Assembly: GCA_965603825.1 (NCBI GenBank)
Contig: CBFDEM010000035.1
Location: forward strand, 682,001 to 746,000
From: Blepharisma stoltei ATCC 30299
Lineage: Eukaryota; Protista; Ciliophora
Direction: 5' to 3'
DNA: 64,000 bases
Numbering within the stretch: the first letter of the stretch is position 1; each line of letters opens with the position of its first letter. Positions 10,773 to 22,294 of the stretch are shown here, piece after piece. The notes under the pieces are model-generated. The model saw only the letters and a program-made list of their open reading frames with translations, did not search any database and was not told where the DNA came from. A program made the position numbers and the translations under genes.

Positions 10773-11663
10773 TTAATAGGGCTCCACAAGCTTTTCAGTT
10801 ATTTGTTCATCTTTTACAATATAAAAGATTAACGATGTATCATGAGACGGCTTTTTTTTACCAAAAATTTTCTTTCTTAATTCATTCCTAACACTCCCAG
10901 TAAATCCATACACTATTGAGTTTAAAAACCCATTGATACTCAGCCCGATCCCTGATATCAAAATCAATACAAAAGGGACACTTTTATCTGAAGAATTTTC
11001 AATAGCAATTTCCCAAATCCTATAAATAGCTGGAGGGATTTGGCATAAAAACAGCACAATAGGGTACATTTTTAATTTTAATGCAAGTTTTCTTTTCATT
11101 TTTACTTCATTTGATCCTAAATTGGTTTCTCTATTCAGTTTCTTTATCACGGAAACATAAACTGTGGAGTTATATATTAATATCAAAAATAAAGGAAAAT
11201 AATACTGCAGATATTTCATTCAAGGTGTATATGCTTGATTTGGCTTAATTCAGCATCAGCCGTTATCTGGACCATACCAGCCTGCGATTAAAGGTATAAT
11301 TACGCCTATTCAAGGCATGCCAAAAGCGAATAAGATATAATATAGATGATATTTTTCAATAGTTCTATGTTTAACAACTGCACTATATAGAGCATGAGCA
11401 ATAACTGAAGTCAAATAAATAGTGCAATCAGTGAAATAAGAAGTGAGGGCTGCTTGAAATATACAAAGATTGCTGTTTTCACCATCGGGAGGATGGAAAG
11501 GGACCATGAAACCTATATGATTTTTACCTAATGCTACAAAAATATCGGCAATAGCAAGATAGAGAACAAGCTTAAAAGCGAAAACTCGAAGCTTTTTAAA
11601 CATATAATAAACGAGGCATATAAAGCAGCCTCCAAGCAAGCTTAAAATGCTTGATCCAAGCAA
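10773..11663 (-). CDS. 7-TM GPCR, cAR/GCR1-like paralog, convergent; intron 11513-11527; start codon unresolved
   Basis: LRVFAFKLVLYLAIAD, LCIFQA, YGPDNG[TGA]C[TGA]I, LKMYPIVL, NGFLNSIVYG. Intron at the same position as in the paralog. No in-frame ATG upstream of TM1 (TAA-AGA-TTG). Confidence 0.78.
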
Positions 11664-11818
11664 TCTTTATAAAAATGATCTAAAGCCAGAAAATCCTAAG
11701 AAATGAATATTTATAATTAATATTAAATCTTTTAAGCCTTAACTGCAGATAATTGAAGATCTCCCCAAATAAATCCATTTAAGCTATTTCCAAACAATAT
11801 ACAAGCTGGTGGTATAAA

Positions 11819-12142
11819 ATGGCAGAAGAAAGCAATATAATAAAAGTCAGCGTCAAGAGAGGATACGCTTCCTTCGTCTATCAAAGCAAAGAAGTCCTCA
11901 AAACCCACGAAACCGTTGCGCTCCATGGTCTTGGCGAAGCTACTGCCAATGTTGTTAGAGCTGCAGAAATGTTATGCTCTAATGGCTATACAACTCTTGA
12001 AAATTTCCAAACTTTGAGCGTCCCTGAAACAGATCGTGAAGGAATAAGCAGAAATAGGAACAAGGCCATCATCACGCTGAGGCGTTCTTCAAACTTTGAC
12101 CAAATTTGCGAAGAATTTGAAAAAACAAGAAAACCAAAATAA
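11819..12142 (+). CDS. Alba-family DNA/RNA-binding protein
   Basis: 107 aa; VALHGLGEATANVVRAAEML and KAIITLRRS match the Alba pattern. Confidence 0.85.
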   Translation: MAEESNIIKVSVKRGYASFVYQSKEVLKTHETVALHGLGEATANVVRAAEMLCSNGYTTLENFQTLSVPETDREGISRNRNKAIITLRRSSNFDQICEEFEKTRKPK

Positions 12143-12290
12143 ATTACTTAAAAATTAGTGATGAATTTGTGGAAATAAATTAATTTTATAATTTTTAAAA
12201 ATAAGCATTTGAATATATAACTTTTTAAGAGAAGCCTTATTGGTAAAAATAAAGAAAAATGCACTCATCTTTGTTTCTAATATAAAAATT

Positions 12291-13505
12291 ATGTACTCTT
12301 CAAAGCTAAATAGCAATCAGCAAGAAGCGTTGCTTAATTTTCAAGCAATAACTGAAAGTTATGATGCAGATGTGGCAATGGAATTATTGAATAAACATAA
12401 TTTTGATGTAATATCGGCAAGTAATGAATTCATGTCAATGCCAAGAAACAATTATAATTTTCAAGATTCTATGGTATCTGATGATATTCAGGACCCTCTT
12501 ATTCAAGATTCAGCCTATTCAGAATCAAGCTGGGCTATTATAAGATACGCAAAGTGAGGACAACAAAAATTAGTCTCTGGCATAAGCTGAGTGTTTTATT
12601 TAGCTTATAATTATTTTTACCCTCCAGTGAGGACATCAGAGGATGCTTCTGCATTTATCTCAATTCTCAGCAATTATTCTCCAAGAGTTCCCTTTACCAA
12701 CCTCAAACTCCAAGAATCCCTATCTGAAGCCCAAAAATTACGCAAGCTGCTCCTCGTCTACATTAATTCTTTTACAGTCCCAAGCCAATGGGTAGCCTCT
12801 GTTCTCTGCAGTCAAGAACTTACTTCATTTCTTGAAAATAATTTTATTTCCTGAGGAGTCGACCAAACTTCTCCAGATGGTAGGGCAGCAATTTTACTGT
12901 TTCAACTGACACAATTTCCCTGCTTTGTTGTCCTAAATCCTCAAGAAATTAATAACCTTCATATAATCAAAATCATAAAAGTCCCAATTCAGCTGAATGC
13001 ACTTCTTAATGAGCTGGACCTATGCATTAATGGAGAAAATTCAATATTACTGAATGGGGACTCAGAGCTGCAATATGAAAGAAAAATAAGAAGGCAGCAA
13101 GATTTAGAGCTAGAAGAAGCGGAAAGAATTGTGAGAGAAAGATATCTACAAGAAGAAGCTAAAAGAAAGCAAAAATTGAAAGAAGAGGAAGAAGAAGAAA
13201 AAAAGGAAAGACTGAGAAAAGAAGAAGCTAAAAGACAAAAAATCGAAAAAATTGGGCCTGAGCCTGAAAATGGAGATAATATTGCACAGATTTCATTTAG
13301 GCTGCCGAATGGACAAAAATGTGAAAGAAGATTTTACGCAACACAGACAGTGGAAATTCTTTATGATTTTGTTGAAACATTAGACCTCTCGGACTTTGAA
13401 ATCGTCATAAATTTCCCACTCTTAGTCCTCAGCAATAAATCACAAACCCTAGAAAATGCTGGTCTTTTCCCCAAATCAGTCGTCCACATCCGAGAATTGA
13501 GCTAA
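12291..13505 (+). CDS. UBA-UAS-UBX domain protein (FAF1/FAF2-like p97 adaptor)
   Basis: Single frame across three TGAs (12555, 12588, 12852). N-terminal UBA-like FQAIT...AMELLNKHNFDV, UAS NFIS[W]GVD, coiled coil, and UBX ISFRLPNG..ERRF..NFP..LENAGLFP. Confidence 0.88.
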
Positions 13506-13570
13506 TTTTTCTTTATTTTGCTAATTATTTTCCAATTAATTTCGAATTTTTCGAAGAGTGATTTACTCAC

Positions 13571-14269
13571 TTACTTAAATTGGTCTTGTTTTTTGGCCAA
13601 CAACTTATCAACTTGCTGCAGGTTTTTTTCCTTCAAGATCTCCATTGATCTTTCGCCATTAGGGTCTCTTCCTTTAAATCTTTGAAGTCCTTCTTGGTAA
13701 ACTGCAGTGATTTTTTTTCTTGTCTCCTCAGCTAAGCTTTCAGCTGCCTTGAGGGTGTTTTCTTTATCAGGAGTCATAGTCACAGTAATAACGTCAAGGT
13801 TTCTCTGAGCTTGAAGCTTAAAAGGAGATTTCTTTATGGCGAGTTCTACTTGAGGAGCGTTGGCTGGGTCAAAAACGCTGACTTTGAATTGATTGTTTCC
13901 AAGAGATTCTACCTTGGCTGCATTGGATAAAGGCTGATACTCCAAGAAGCTGTAAACTTGGATGTTTTCAATGAAGTTGACTGCGCCTTTTCCGCCCTGA
14001 AGACCTCGTAGACCGTTGAGCAAATCGATAAGAGCTGTCTCCATCCGTTCGCTAAAGTTGCCAAGAGTAAAGGCTGGGACATTTTTGAAGTCGACGACGT
14101 GGAAGTCCTTAGTGATTTCGGCTTTGACTTTGCCAATTAGAGATTCTGCGGAGCTTTCTGGTTTGCTTGGAGCTGCTTGGGCTGGCTGGGCTGCTTGGGC
14201 TGCTTGAGCAGCTTGTGAGAAGCACCTTAGATTGCTACGGCCAAAGCGAATAATATATCTGGACAACAT
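13571..14269 (-). CDS. Mitochondrial ribosome recycling factor-like protein
   Basis: Mitochondrial-type presequence MLSRYIIRFGRSNLRCFS; IENIQV..QPLSNAAKV..VSVFDPANAPQVELAIKKS resembles RRF domain II; divergent. Confidence 0.7.
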   Translation of the reverse strand: MLSRYIIRFGRSNLRCFSQAAQAAQAAQPAQAAPSKPESSAESLIGKVKAEITKDFHVVDFKNVPAFTLGNFSERMETALIDLLNGLRGLQGGKGAVNFIENIQVYSFLEYQPLSNAAKVESLGNNQFKVSVFDPANAPQVELAIKKSPFKLQAQRNLDVITVTMTPDKENTLKAAESLAEETRKKITAVYQEGLQRFKGRDPNGERSMEILKEKNLQQVDKLLAKKQDQFK

Positions 14270-14327
14270 TTATTATTTCTTAGCTTTTTAAGATATTTTA
14301 TTATAGATAGAAATTTATTGGATATTC

Positions 14328-15791
14328 TTATTCGTCTGTTTTAAATCTGCAGATCGGGTTGGATTGGATTCCACTCAGCTCTAATTTGGATCCAAACAAG
14401 TCTCTGATATTTCCAATAGAATACTGTATCATAGTTGGCCTTTCAAGTGACAGTCCCCATCCCAGCACATTTACATCTTCTGGAAGTCCCATTGGTCTCA
14501 ACATTTCTGGCCTGAAAACTCCTGAATTTCCAATTTCTGTCCACTTCTTCAGAATCGGATGGTACCCAAATATTTCCATGCTCGGCTCTGTGTATGGGTT
14601 ATAAGCAGGCTTGAATTTTATATCAGTGATCCCCATCCTCCTGAAGAATTCTGCAATAATCCCAATCAAATCTGCCAGTCCAATATTCCTATCAGCCACG
14701 ACTCCTTCAATTTGGTGAAACTCAGCCAAATGAGTCGCATCCAAAGTTTCATTCCTAAAAACCCTGTCAATACTGAAATATTTCTTAGGCTTAAAGCCGT
14801 TTTGAGCTAATTTATATAGCATTTTTGAAGAGTTTGCAGTCGTATGTGTTCTCAGCACATTTTTGCGAGCATCATCTATACTTCATTTGTACCTGAAACC
14901 AATGCTTTCGTAGCCACCTCTTTCATGGACTTCTTGGACTCTTTGTCTATAGTCGTCTTCAAAATCATTGGCAAATTCTGGGCTTTTAATGAAAAACGTG
15001 TCGTGAGCATCTCTAGCTGGGTGAGCTTGAGGCTGGAAAAGGGCGTCAAAATTCCAAAAACTGCTGACTACAAAAGTGTTGGTTGGCATTTCTTCAAATC
15101 CCATGTCAAGCAAGATGTTCCTAACCTGGGCGCGAACTTTTAATAGAGGATGTAGGTGACCACCAGCTGGGTATTTACCTTTGGCGTTAAAATTGTATTC
15201 TTTGAAGGTGGTGGTTTTCCAGTTTCCAGTCCTGACCATATCGTAAGTTAGTTCTGCTTCTGGTTTTTGTCTGTGGGGGGCAAAGTTTGGTCCTTTTCTG
15301 ATTACGAAATAAGATCTCTTAACGTTGTCTATGAGTTTTCGCTTCCTGAGCTCATCGATTTTTACTTCTTCATTCCTTTGGAAGGCTTCTAGCTGTAGTT
15401 TGACAGTGTCATCAACATGGTCTACAGTTACATTAACTAACTTCGTTTCTTTATCAATTCCAATCCACTTGTTTTTCATTGCTTGTGAAAAGCCAAATTT
15501 CCCCACTTCACCTAGAGTGGTTTGGATTTGGGCTTGGGAGACTCCAGGATTGTTTAAAACGTAGTTATAAACAATTACTTCAGGAGAGCCTTCTCTTACG
15601 AATTCTTTGCCTTTATCAGTGAGTTCAGGAACTAGTTGTTCTCTGTGCTCAGCAATAATAAATTCGTCCATTGAGAGACTGCTTATAGCGCTGGCAAGTT
15701 CTTGGTGGCTTTTATTCAGGTGTTGGGCGAATTCAAAGGAGTTTGTGATCTCATCGTGGGCTACGAGTTCTGAGAGCAAGGCTTCCTCCAT
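14328..15791 (-). CDS. FARSA: Phenylalanyl-tRNA synthetase alpha subunit (cytosolic)
   Basis: [27 protein letters not shown][TGA=W][50 protein letters not shown] at 15791. Confidence 0.96.
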
Positions 15792-15816
15792 TTTATTACG
15801 AACTTTCAATGGTTAC

Positions 15817-16143
15817 TTAGCTAAAACTAAAGAGCTCCACGTCGAAGATGAGAGTCGCATTGCCAGGGATGACGCCACCAGCACCTCTTGCACCGTAGCC
15901 ATAGTCAGGGGTAATAGTCATGCGTACTCTTTGGCCAATTGACATCTGAGCAACTCCTTCATCCCAACCTCTGATAACTTGACCAACACCGAGTTTAAAG
16001 CTAAACATTTCACCTCTGTCTCTGCTGGAGTCGAATTTGGTACCGTTGGTGAGGAAGCCTTCATAGTGAACTCTGACTGTTTGTCCTTTTCTTGGTTTGT
16101 TCACTCCGTCTCCTGGTTTGATTGTTTCAAGCTCGACACCCAT
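15817..16143 (-). CDS. FKBP12: FKBP12 peptidyl-prolyl isomerase
   Basis: [13 protein letters not shown]...VHYEG...KFDSSRDR...VIRGWDEG...YGYG...LIFDVEL. Confidence 0.97.
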   Translation of the reverse strand: MGVELETIKPGDGVNKPRKGQTVRVHYEGFLTNGTKFDSSRDRGEMFSFKLGVGQVIRGWDEGVAQMSIGQRVRMTITPDYGYGARGAGGVIPGNATLIFDVELFSFS

Positions 16144-16392
16144 TTTTTACTTGGAATGATTTGGAGGGAAGTAAATGTTAAATCAATTAAATATTCAGGT
16201 TTAATTTTAGTCTCGGATTGCTAAGCTGTGTAGAGAACTCTTTGGTCGTATTGAGCTTTCATGAATATCTTTTATAAATTGGATTTGATATGTATAATTA
16301 ATAGAGAAAAATGATATATTTGGCAAATATGCTGATTGATATTGCGAAAAAATAATTTATTAAAGCTTTGTGAAGAATTTTAAAAATTAGAT

Positions 16393-17001
16393 TTAGTGTT
16401 TATAATGCAAATAAATTAGCGAAATCAGAAATGTGCATCCTATAAAAGATAAAATCACAAAAGAAAGGCTGTTGTCTTCTGATATTTCTTCTTCAGTTTT
16501 CTTATTAAGAGACTCAGTAGATTCATCTTGAATATTTGAAGCTTGATACTGAAAAATCAAAGGACTCTCCTCTTCATTTTTCTGCTCTTCTTCTATATTT
16601 TTATCTTCAAAACTATCCTCAATCTCAAGGCTTGAAGTCTCAATTGTCCCATCACTTATTTCCTTTTCTTTTCCTTCACTAATTTCAAACTTTGTCCCAT
16701 TAAAATTCCCAATATTATTACTTTCTTCATTTTTACCCAATAATTCATCATTTTTCTTTATTGTCTCTTCATTTAAAACCTCCTCATCAATATTTTTATA
16801 ATCATTTTTTACCTCTTCTTCTCCTTTATTTTCCAGATTCAAATTATTATCTTCAATTGGATCTTCATATACCCCATTATCATCTACAAGAACTAGCCCG
16901 AACCTAGTCGGCAAAAACAGCCTTCCACGACCCATATGCTGCTGAAATACAAGATCCTTCGCAAACACTATAAAAGCCAAACTCAAGTATAAAGCTGCCA
17001 T
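16393..17001 (-). CDS. Hypothetical type I membrane protein with acidic low-complexity ectodomain
   Basis: N-terminal signal-like segment, E/N-rich middle, C-terminal TM FVILSFIGCTFLISLIYL. Confidence 0.7.
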   Translation of the reverse strand: MAALYLSLAFIVFAKDLVFQQHMGRGRLFLPTRFGLVLVDDNGVYEDPIEDNNLNLENKGEEEVKNDYKNIDEEVLNEETIKKNDELLGKNEESNNIGNFNGTKFEISEGKEKEISDGTIETSSLEIEDSFEDKNIEEEQKNEEESPLIFQYQASNIQDESTESLNKKTEEEISEDNSLSFVILSFIGCTFLISLIYLHYKH

Positions 17002-17056
17002 TTATAACGAAAATTAAGCATCAAGACGATTAATTATTATCACGCGAATAATAAAT

Positions 17057-20000
17057 ATGAATTCTGAGCAAGATCTCCAAGCAAAGAATGAAGCTGCAGT
17101 GAAATATAGGACAAACCCTGTTTTATCTGCTCTTTTTAATGACACCAAAATTGAGTTTAGCGAAGACATAAGAAACCTTTTCCTACACGCTGAAAAATAT
17201 CACCCTGATGTTATCCCTATTCCTTTCAAAGGAAACAGTCTTCAGCTGACTGCTGATAAAAAGTGCTTTGTTATTTGTAGCGTTGAAGGCAGACTTGCTA
17301 TAATCAACCGATTGACTAAAGAATGTATCAATGATCGGCAACTGCCTGGAGGTGGACTTTATACAACAGCTTTGCCTAAAAGCAATGAATATGTCTTAGT
17401 AGCAGGAAAAGAAGGGAAAATAAGAAAATTCGAGCTGAGCACTTTTGAGCAAGTTGATGTGATGGAAGGGCATACTGATAAAGTAAGTGAAGTCATGTTC
17501 TCGCCAGATGAAACTGTCCTTTACTCCGGAAGTGATGATAAAACAGTAAGAACTTGGGATCTTGTCAACAGAGGTGACTCAAAAATCATTTACACCCACA
17601 ATGATAGAATGCTGACTATGGACCTAAGTATTGATGGCGAACATCTTGTTACAGGTGGAGCTGACAGAGTCGTAAAAGTTTATAATACAGTCTCACAATC
17701 AATAGAAACTGTCCTAACAGGACCAACCAATAGTGTCTGAATTGTAAAATTGACTAAAAGCAAATCTATGGTCGCCGCAGGCGATAACGATGGGGTTGCT
17801 TATATTTGGGAATTTGGGACATGGAACATGTTGCACAAACTTGAAGGTCACGAAAAAAGAGTCGCAAATTTAGATTGGATTCATAATGACCAAATTGTGG
17901 TTACTTCCAGCAATGACACAACTGTCAGAGTTTGGGATTTAACCCATAAGAGAAGAGAAATTGTGCTTACAGGCCACAAAAATTGGATTAAAGCAATGCT
18001 GATCAGCGATGACGAGAAATTTATTTATACAGTCTCTGAAGACCACAGGATTCTTATATGGACTGTCCCACAAATGGATTATGAAGTTTTGCTTAAAGGA
18101 CATACTAGCAATATATACAATACTATTTACTCTGAGTCAAGAAACTTGTTTTATACCAACGCAAACGATAAAAAAGCTATTGTGTGGGACTTTCAGAAGA
18201 AAGTCAGGGAGCTTGAGCATGAAGCTGGGATTTATGCTATGTGCATGACGCCGGATGAGAAGTATTTAATTACTTGTACAGCTGAAAAACAGATGATTTT
18301 TTGGGATCTGGACACTTTTGAAAAATATCCTATGGCATATTCAAATGATGTAGTAATCAAAGCGGTTTTGGTGAGCCCTGATGGGAAATATCTTATTACT
18401 GGAGACACTGCTTTTAGAGTCACCGTCAGAGAATATGACAGCCCAGTCAGCAATATTGACAGGCCTCCAAAATATGTTATCAGAAGGCACACTAATACAG
18501 TTTGGTCACTGGCAATTACAAGTGATTCTTCAATTCTTTTCTCGGGAAGTGAGGACTGTGATATCGTGGCCTTTGATTTAGTGGTGGGACTTGAGCTTGG
18601 GAATCTGAAAGGGCATACTAAAAAAGTAAAATGCTTAAGAGTATCAAGGAATGACGAAATTCTTGTGTCAGGATCCTGGGATTCTACGTTTGGGATATGA
18701 AATATTAAGACTTTATCATTGATTAAATTTGTAGATTCCCACACTGGAGCAGTAAACGATTTTTATTTCAGCAAAAATGGTAGATATTTCATTTCTGCGT
18801 CTACAGATACAACTGTTGCTTTTTGGGATTGCCAAAACTATTCAAAAATAACTTCTCTTAAATTTAACCAATTGTGCTTAGCTGTTACTTGTAGCCCAGA
18901 TGAAAAATACATTATTATGGCTGATAAAGAAGATGTTTATATCAAAGAAAACCCTATGGAGACAAAAAGCATTTATATGTATGGACCTGAAAGAAGCAGC
19001 TCTGGGTATATAGAATATCTAAGAAATATTATTTCAGGAGAAGCCCCGGCATATGATCCTATGATGGACAGTTGGTTTATAACCCCAATGCTTATAAACA
19101 CTGCTCACATTTATGCATATTTTAACATGCCAAGACATTTGGAAACATGTCTAGCCAACAATACCCCATTTTTGCTGAGCAGAAGAAACCTCACCCCATT
19201 AGATATTGCCCATCAAAGAGGTAATGTCGAATGCGTAAACGTGATAATAAGCGCAATTTTAAATAAAGCAGAAGGGAAAAATATGTTATGCTTCTTAGAA
19301 AGCTCTCTTACGAATCTCAATTATAAAGGCTATCAATGCTTGGATAAGCTATATGATAACTTAATTATGAAATCGTCAGCGAAACTGGCAATAAAAACTT
19401 GCTCGACTAGCCAAAAACTCCCGTTGATTGTCCTTTCTAAAAATCTTGAGCCTTCAAAAGAAGAATTCCCACTAAAAGAGCAAATAGGGGACGAAGGGAA
19501 AGTTGTAGAATTTTATCAGAGTTCGATTAGATTTGATATGACTCCTGGATCAGAAGAAAGTGTTAATTTTCTGGACAGTATTATTAAAACTCCTAGCAAA
19601 AATATACTAAAATCAAGACTTATAGGATTTATCCTCGAAAAAAAGTGGGATAGCGTCAAATCGAGATTGATAACTAAATTTGGTCAAGAACTTATTCTTG
19701 TGCTTATATTGTCTATATTTGCAATCTTTTCTTTAAGAAATGAGTATTACTATTTCATCATGATGGTCTTAAACACTATTATAGGCTTCCTTTACATTTT
19801 CTATCAGCAAAAGATGAGCACTAAAATAAAATCAAAATTCGGCTGGGGACTTGAAAGAAGGTATATGGAGCTTTGCTTGCTAAATTGGTTTTGGTGAAAC
19901 TCAGAAATATTGACTTCGCTGCAGATCCTAGTTTTATGGGCCAAAGCCATTTCAGTTTTTAAGCTCTTCAAAAGCACTCGCAAAATTTTAGTCTTAGTCG

Positions 20001-20746
20001 AGTCTATCTTGAAATCCCTTGTTTCTTTCTTCATTGTCTTTTTCTACTTAACGGTAGTTTTTGCATTTGCTTTTACAGCTTTAAAACGAGACTCATTGTC
20101 AAGCCTCCCCAAATATATTGCATTTTCATACAGTTTAGACTTAGGAGAATTTGACACATCTAGCTACACCTCTGGAGAAATGATTTTCTTTGTAATTGCA
20201 ACCCTGATAAACCCTACGATAATGATAAGTCTCTTAATCTCTATTATAGGGAGCATTTATGATAAATTCCAATATGATGATTTAGTAACTGACAGAAAAG
20301 AAATCGCCAAACTGATTTTGGCAGAAGAGCAACTTATGTCACATGAGAAAATACCTGGCGAAAAAAAATATATTCATATATGTGCGGAAGCTGGAGACCT
20401 TAAAAAAGATGAAGAATGGTATGGCGCCACTTGGAAAATCAATAAAATTGTAGAAGAATTAAGGACTACTATTGAGATTAATAATGAAAAATCTAGTAAC
20501 ATGATAAATGAGCTGAAGGAAAAACTGAAAAGTTTTGAGAAGACAGCTGAACAAAAAGAGCAAAAAACTAAAGAAAAAGCTGACATGAATAAGAAGCTGG
20601 ATGATATAGAAAAAATGAGTGGGAAAATTGATGAGGTTAAAGTTCTTTTTGAGGAATTTGCCAAAAAACAAGAAGAGATAGCTGCTCGTCCAGTTCTTAT
20701 TTCTGCAGACGCTTCTTTGCCTATTCCTCCAGATATAAGCATATAA
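17057..20746 (+). CDS. WD40-repeat / ankyrin / TRP-like ion channel protein (~1229 aa)
   Basis: Four ORF-track pieces lie in one frame joined by TGA (17738, 18698, 19895). Many GH...WD repeats, ankyrin-like TPLDIAHQRGNVECV, ILEKKW, TM helices, pore-like LGEFD, S6-like INPTIMISLLISIIGSIYDK, C-terminal coiled coil. Confidence 0.85.
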
Positions 20747-20757
20747 TTAGTTTAAAA

Positions 20758-22101
20758 TTAGTTACAGTTAATTGATGAAAGAAGACTGGCATCAGCCAAA
20801 TTTTTGGTTTTTTCTATTCTGCTTTTAAGGTTCCTAACATGGTCTTTTTCTATTGCTTCTGATAGTGCTTTGTGCCTTTTCATTTCATTGTATCGCTCTT
20901 TTTCTTCTTTTAGAGCTTCAAGCTTTTGGCGAATTAAGCTGTGTTTTTCAAGGATTCTGCTTCTTTTCACTTCTTCAATTCTTTTCTTTCTGTTTATGCT
21001 TTCGAACACGTCCTCTTCTTTCATTTTTTGTAGCTCATTTTTTATTTCTAAATCTTTCAGCCAGCTTGCTTGCTTTTGCCTTACAGATTCATAGCTAATA
21101 TTCAGCTTGTTTTCTATATTTTTTATGCGTTCTTTTTCTTGTTGTGTAACTTCTTTTAAATTGTGGCGGATTTTCAGCTGTTTTTCTCTAAGTTTGTCTT
21201 GTGTGGATTTTATCCGGTAATTTGTATCATCAATGGTTTTGCCTCTTCTCAATGACTTTTGGATTATATTGTTTACAATACTTTTAGCTTTATTCAGCTC
21301 CATTTCTTCTTTTGTGGAGCTGATGCTGTGCAATTTATTTTCAATTTTTTGTGTGTGGTAGCTCATCCTTTCTGACTTTGTTTTAAGCATTTGCTCATGC
21401 AATTCTGCAGACTTTTCTACTTTTTCATTCAAGAATTCCAGTCTTTCTAGCAGCTGATACTCTTCTTCAAGCTCCCTCTCTTTTTTCTGCTCAAGAATTG
21501 AGCCTATCTTGCTTGGCATTCTACTCTTATTCTCTTCTATACTAATTTCTGGAGTTTTGCTATAATTTCTAGTCACTTTCTCGCTTATATTTTTTCTCTT
21601 CTTAATCTGTTCCAAAATAATCATTTTCAGTCTTTCTTTATGTGCTTTTCTTTTTTCCTCATCTTTATTTTTCCTTTCTTCAATCTCTTTTTTCAGCTGT
21701 TTTTCAATTAGAGACCTCCTATTTTGTTTTTTATTAACAATTTCTAAGAGTTTCCTTCTTTTGCTTTCTTCTTCTATTTTTTGTGCCAAGCTTGACTTAT
21801 GCTGCTTAGAAATTCTTTCTGTGGAAACGTCGTTGGGATATTGAGAAATTGTTGAGCGGGTTTGAGAGGAAGCCCGAGATCGCTCTTTGTGATTTTCTTT
21901 AATATAAGATTGGATGCTAGAAGAGAGCGAGTTCAGTTTTTGCTTGTGATGCTCATAACGGAGTTCTTGGATTTTTTTACTAATCCCAGGCTCGAAAAAT
22001 TCGTTAATGTCTTTGACGATTAGTTCTTCAGGGGTAATTCCGAGCTCTTTGAGGGCATTTTGAATTTTTGGGTTGGTGATATCTACCCTATAGCTGCTCA
22101 T
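20758..22101 (-). CDS. Coiled-coil, K/E-rich hypothetical protein
   Basis: 447-codon ORF from ATG 22101; N-terminal ALKELGITPEELIVK motif followed by long heptad-rich helices. Confidence 0.75.
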   Translation of the reverse strand: MSSYRVDITNPKIQNALKELGITPEELIVKDINEFFEPGISKKIQELRYEHHKQKLNSLSSSIQSYIKENHKERSRASSQTRSTISQYPNDVSTERISKQHKSSLAQKIEEESKRRKLLEIVNKKQNRRSLIEKQLKKEIEERKNKDEEKRKAHKERLKMIILEQIKKRKNISEKVTRNYSKTPEISIEENKSRMPSKIGSILEQKKERELEEEYQLLERLEFLNEKVEKSAELHEQMLKTKSERMSYHTQKIENKLHSISSTKEEMELNKAKSIVNNIIQKSLRRGKTIDDTNYRIKSTQDKLREKQLKIRHNLKEVTQQEKERIKNIENKLNISYESVRQKQASWLKDLEIKNELQKMKEEDVFESINRKKRIEEVKRSRILEKHSLIRQKLEALKEEKERYNEMKRHKALSEAIEKDHVRNLKSRIEKTKNLADASLLSSINCN

Positions 22102-22294
22102 AAAATGTGAGAAATTCTTTAATATTATCAAGGAATTTTAAGAGGAGATACTGTATAAAGATTTAAAACTATTACTGTCAATACTATAAGTTTAACGCAC
22201 AACATAAATAATAAATATATAGCAGATATAAGTTATTCGATTTCAAAATTAAATTTGCTACTTCATAAAATTCTTTAATTATATATAAAGAATA

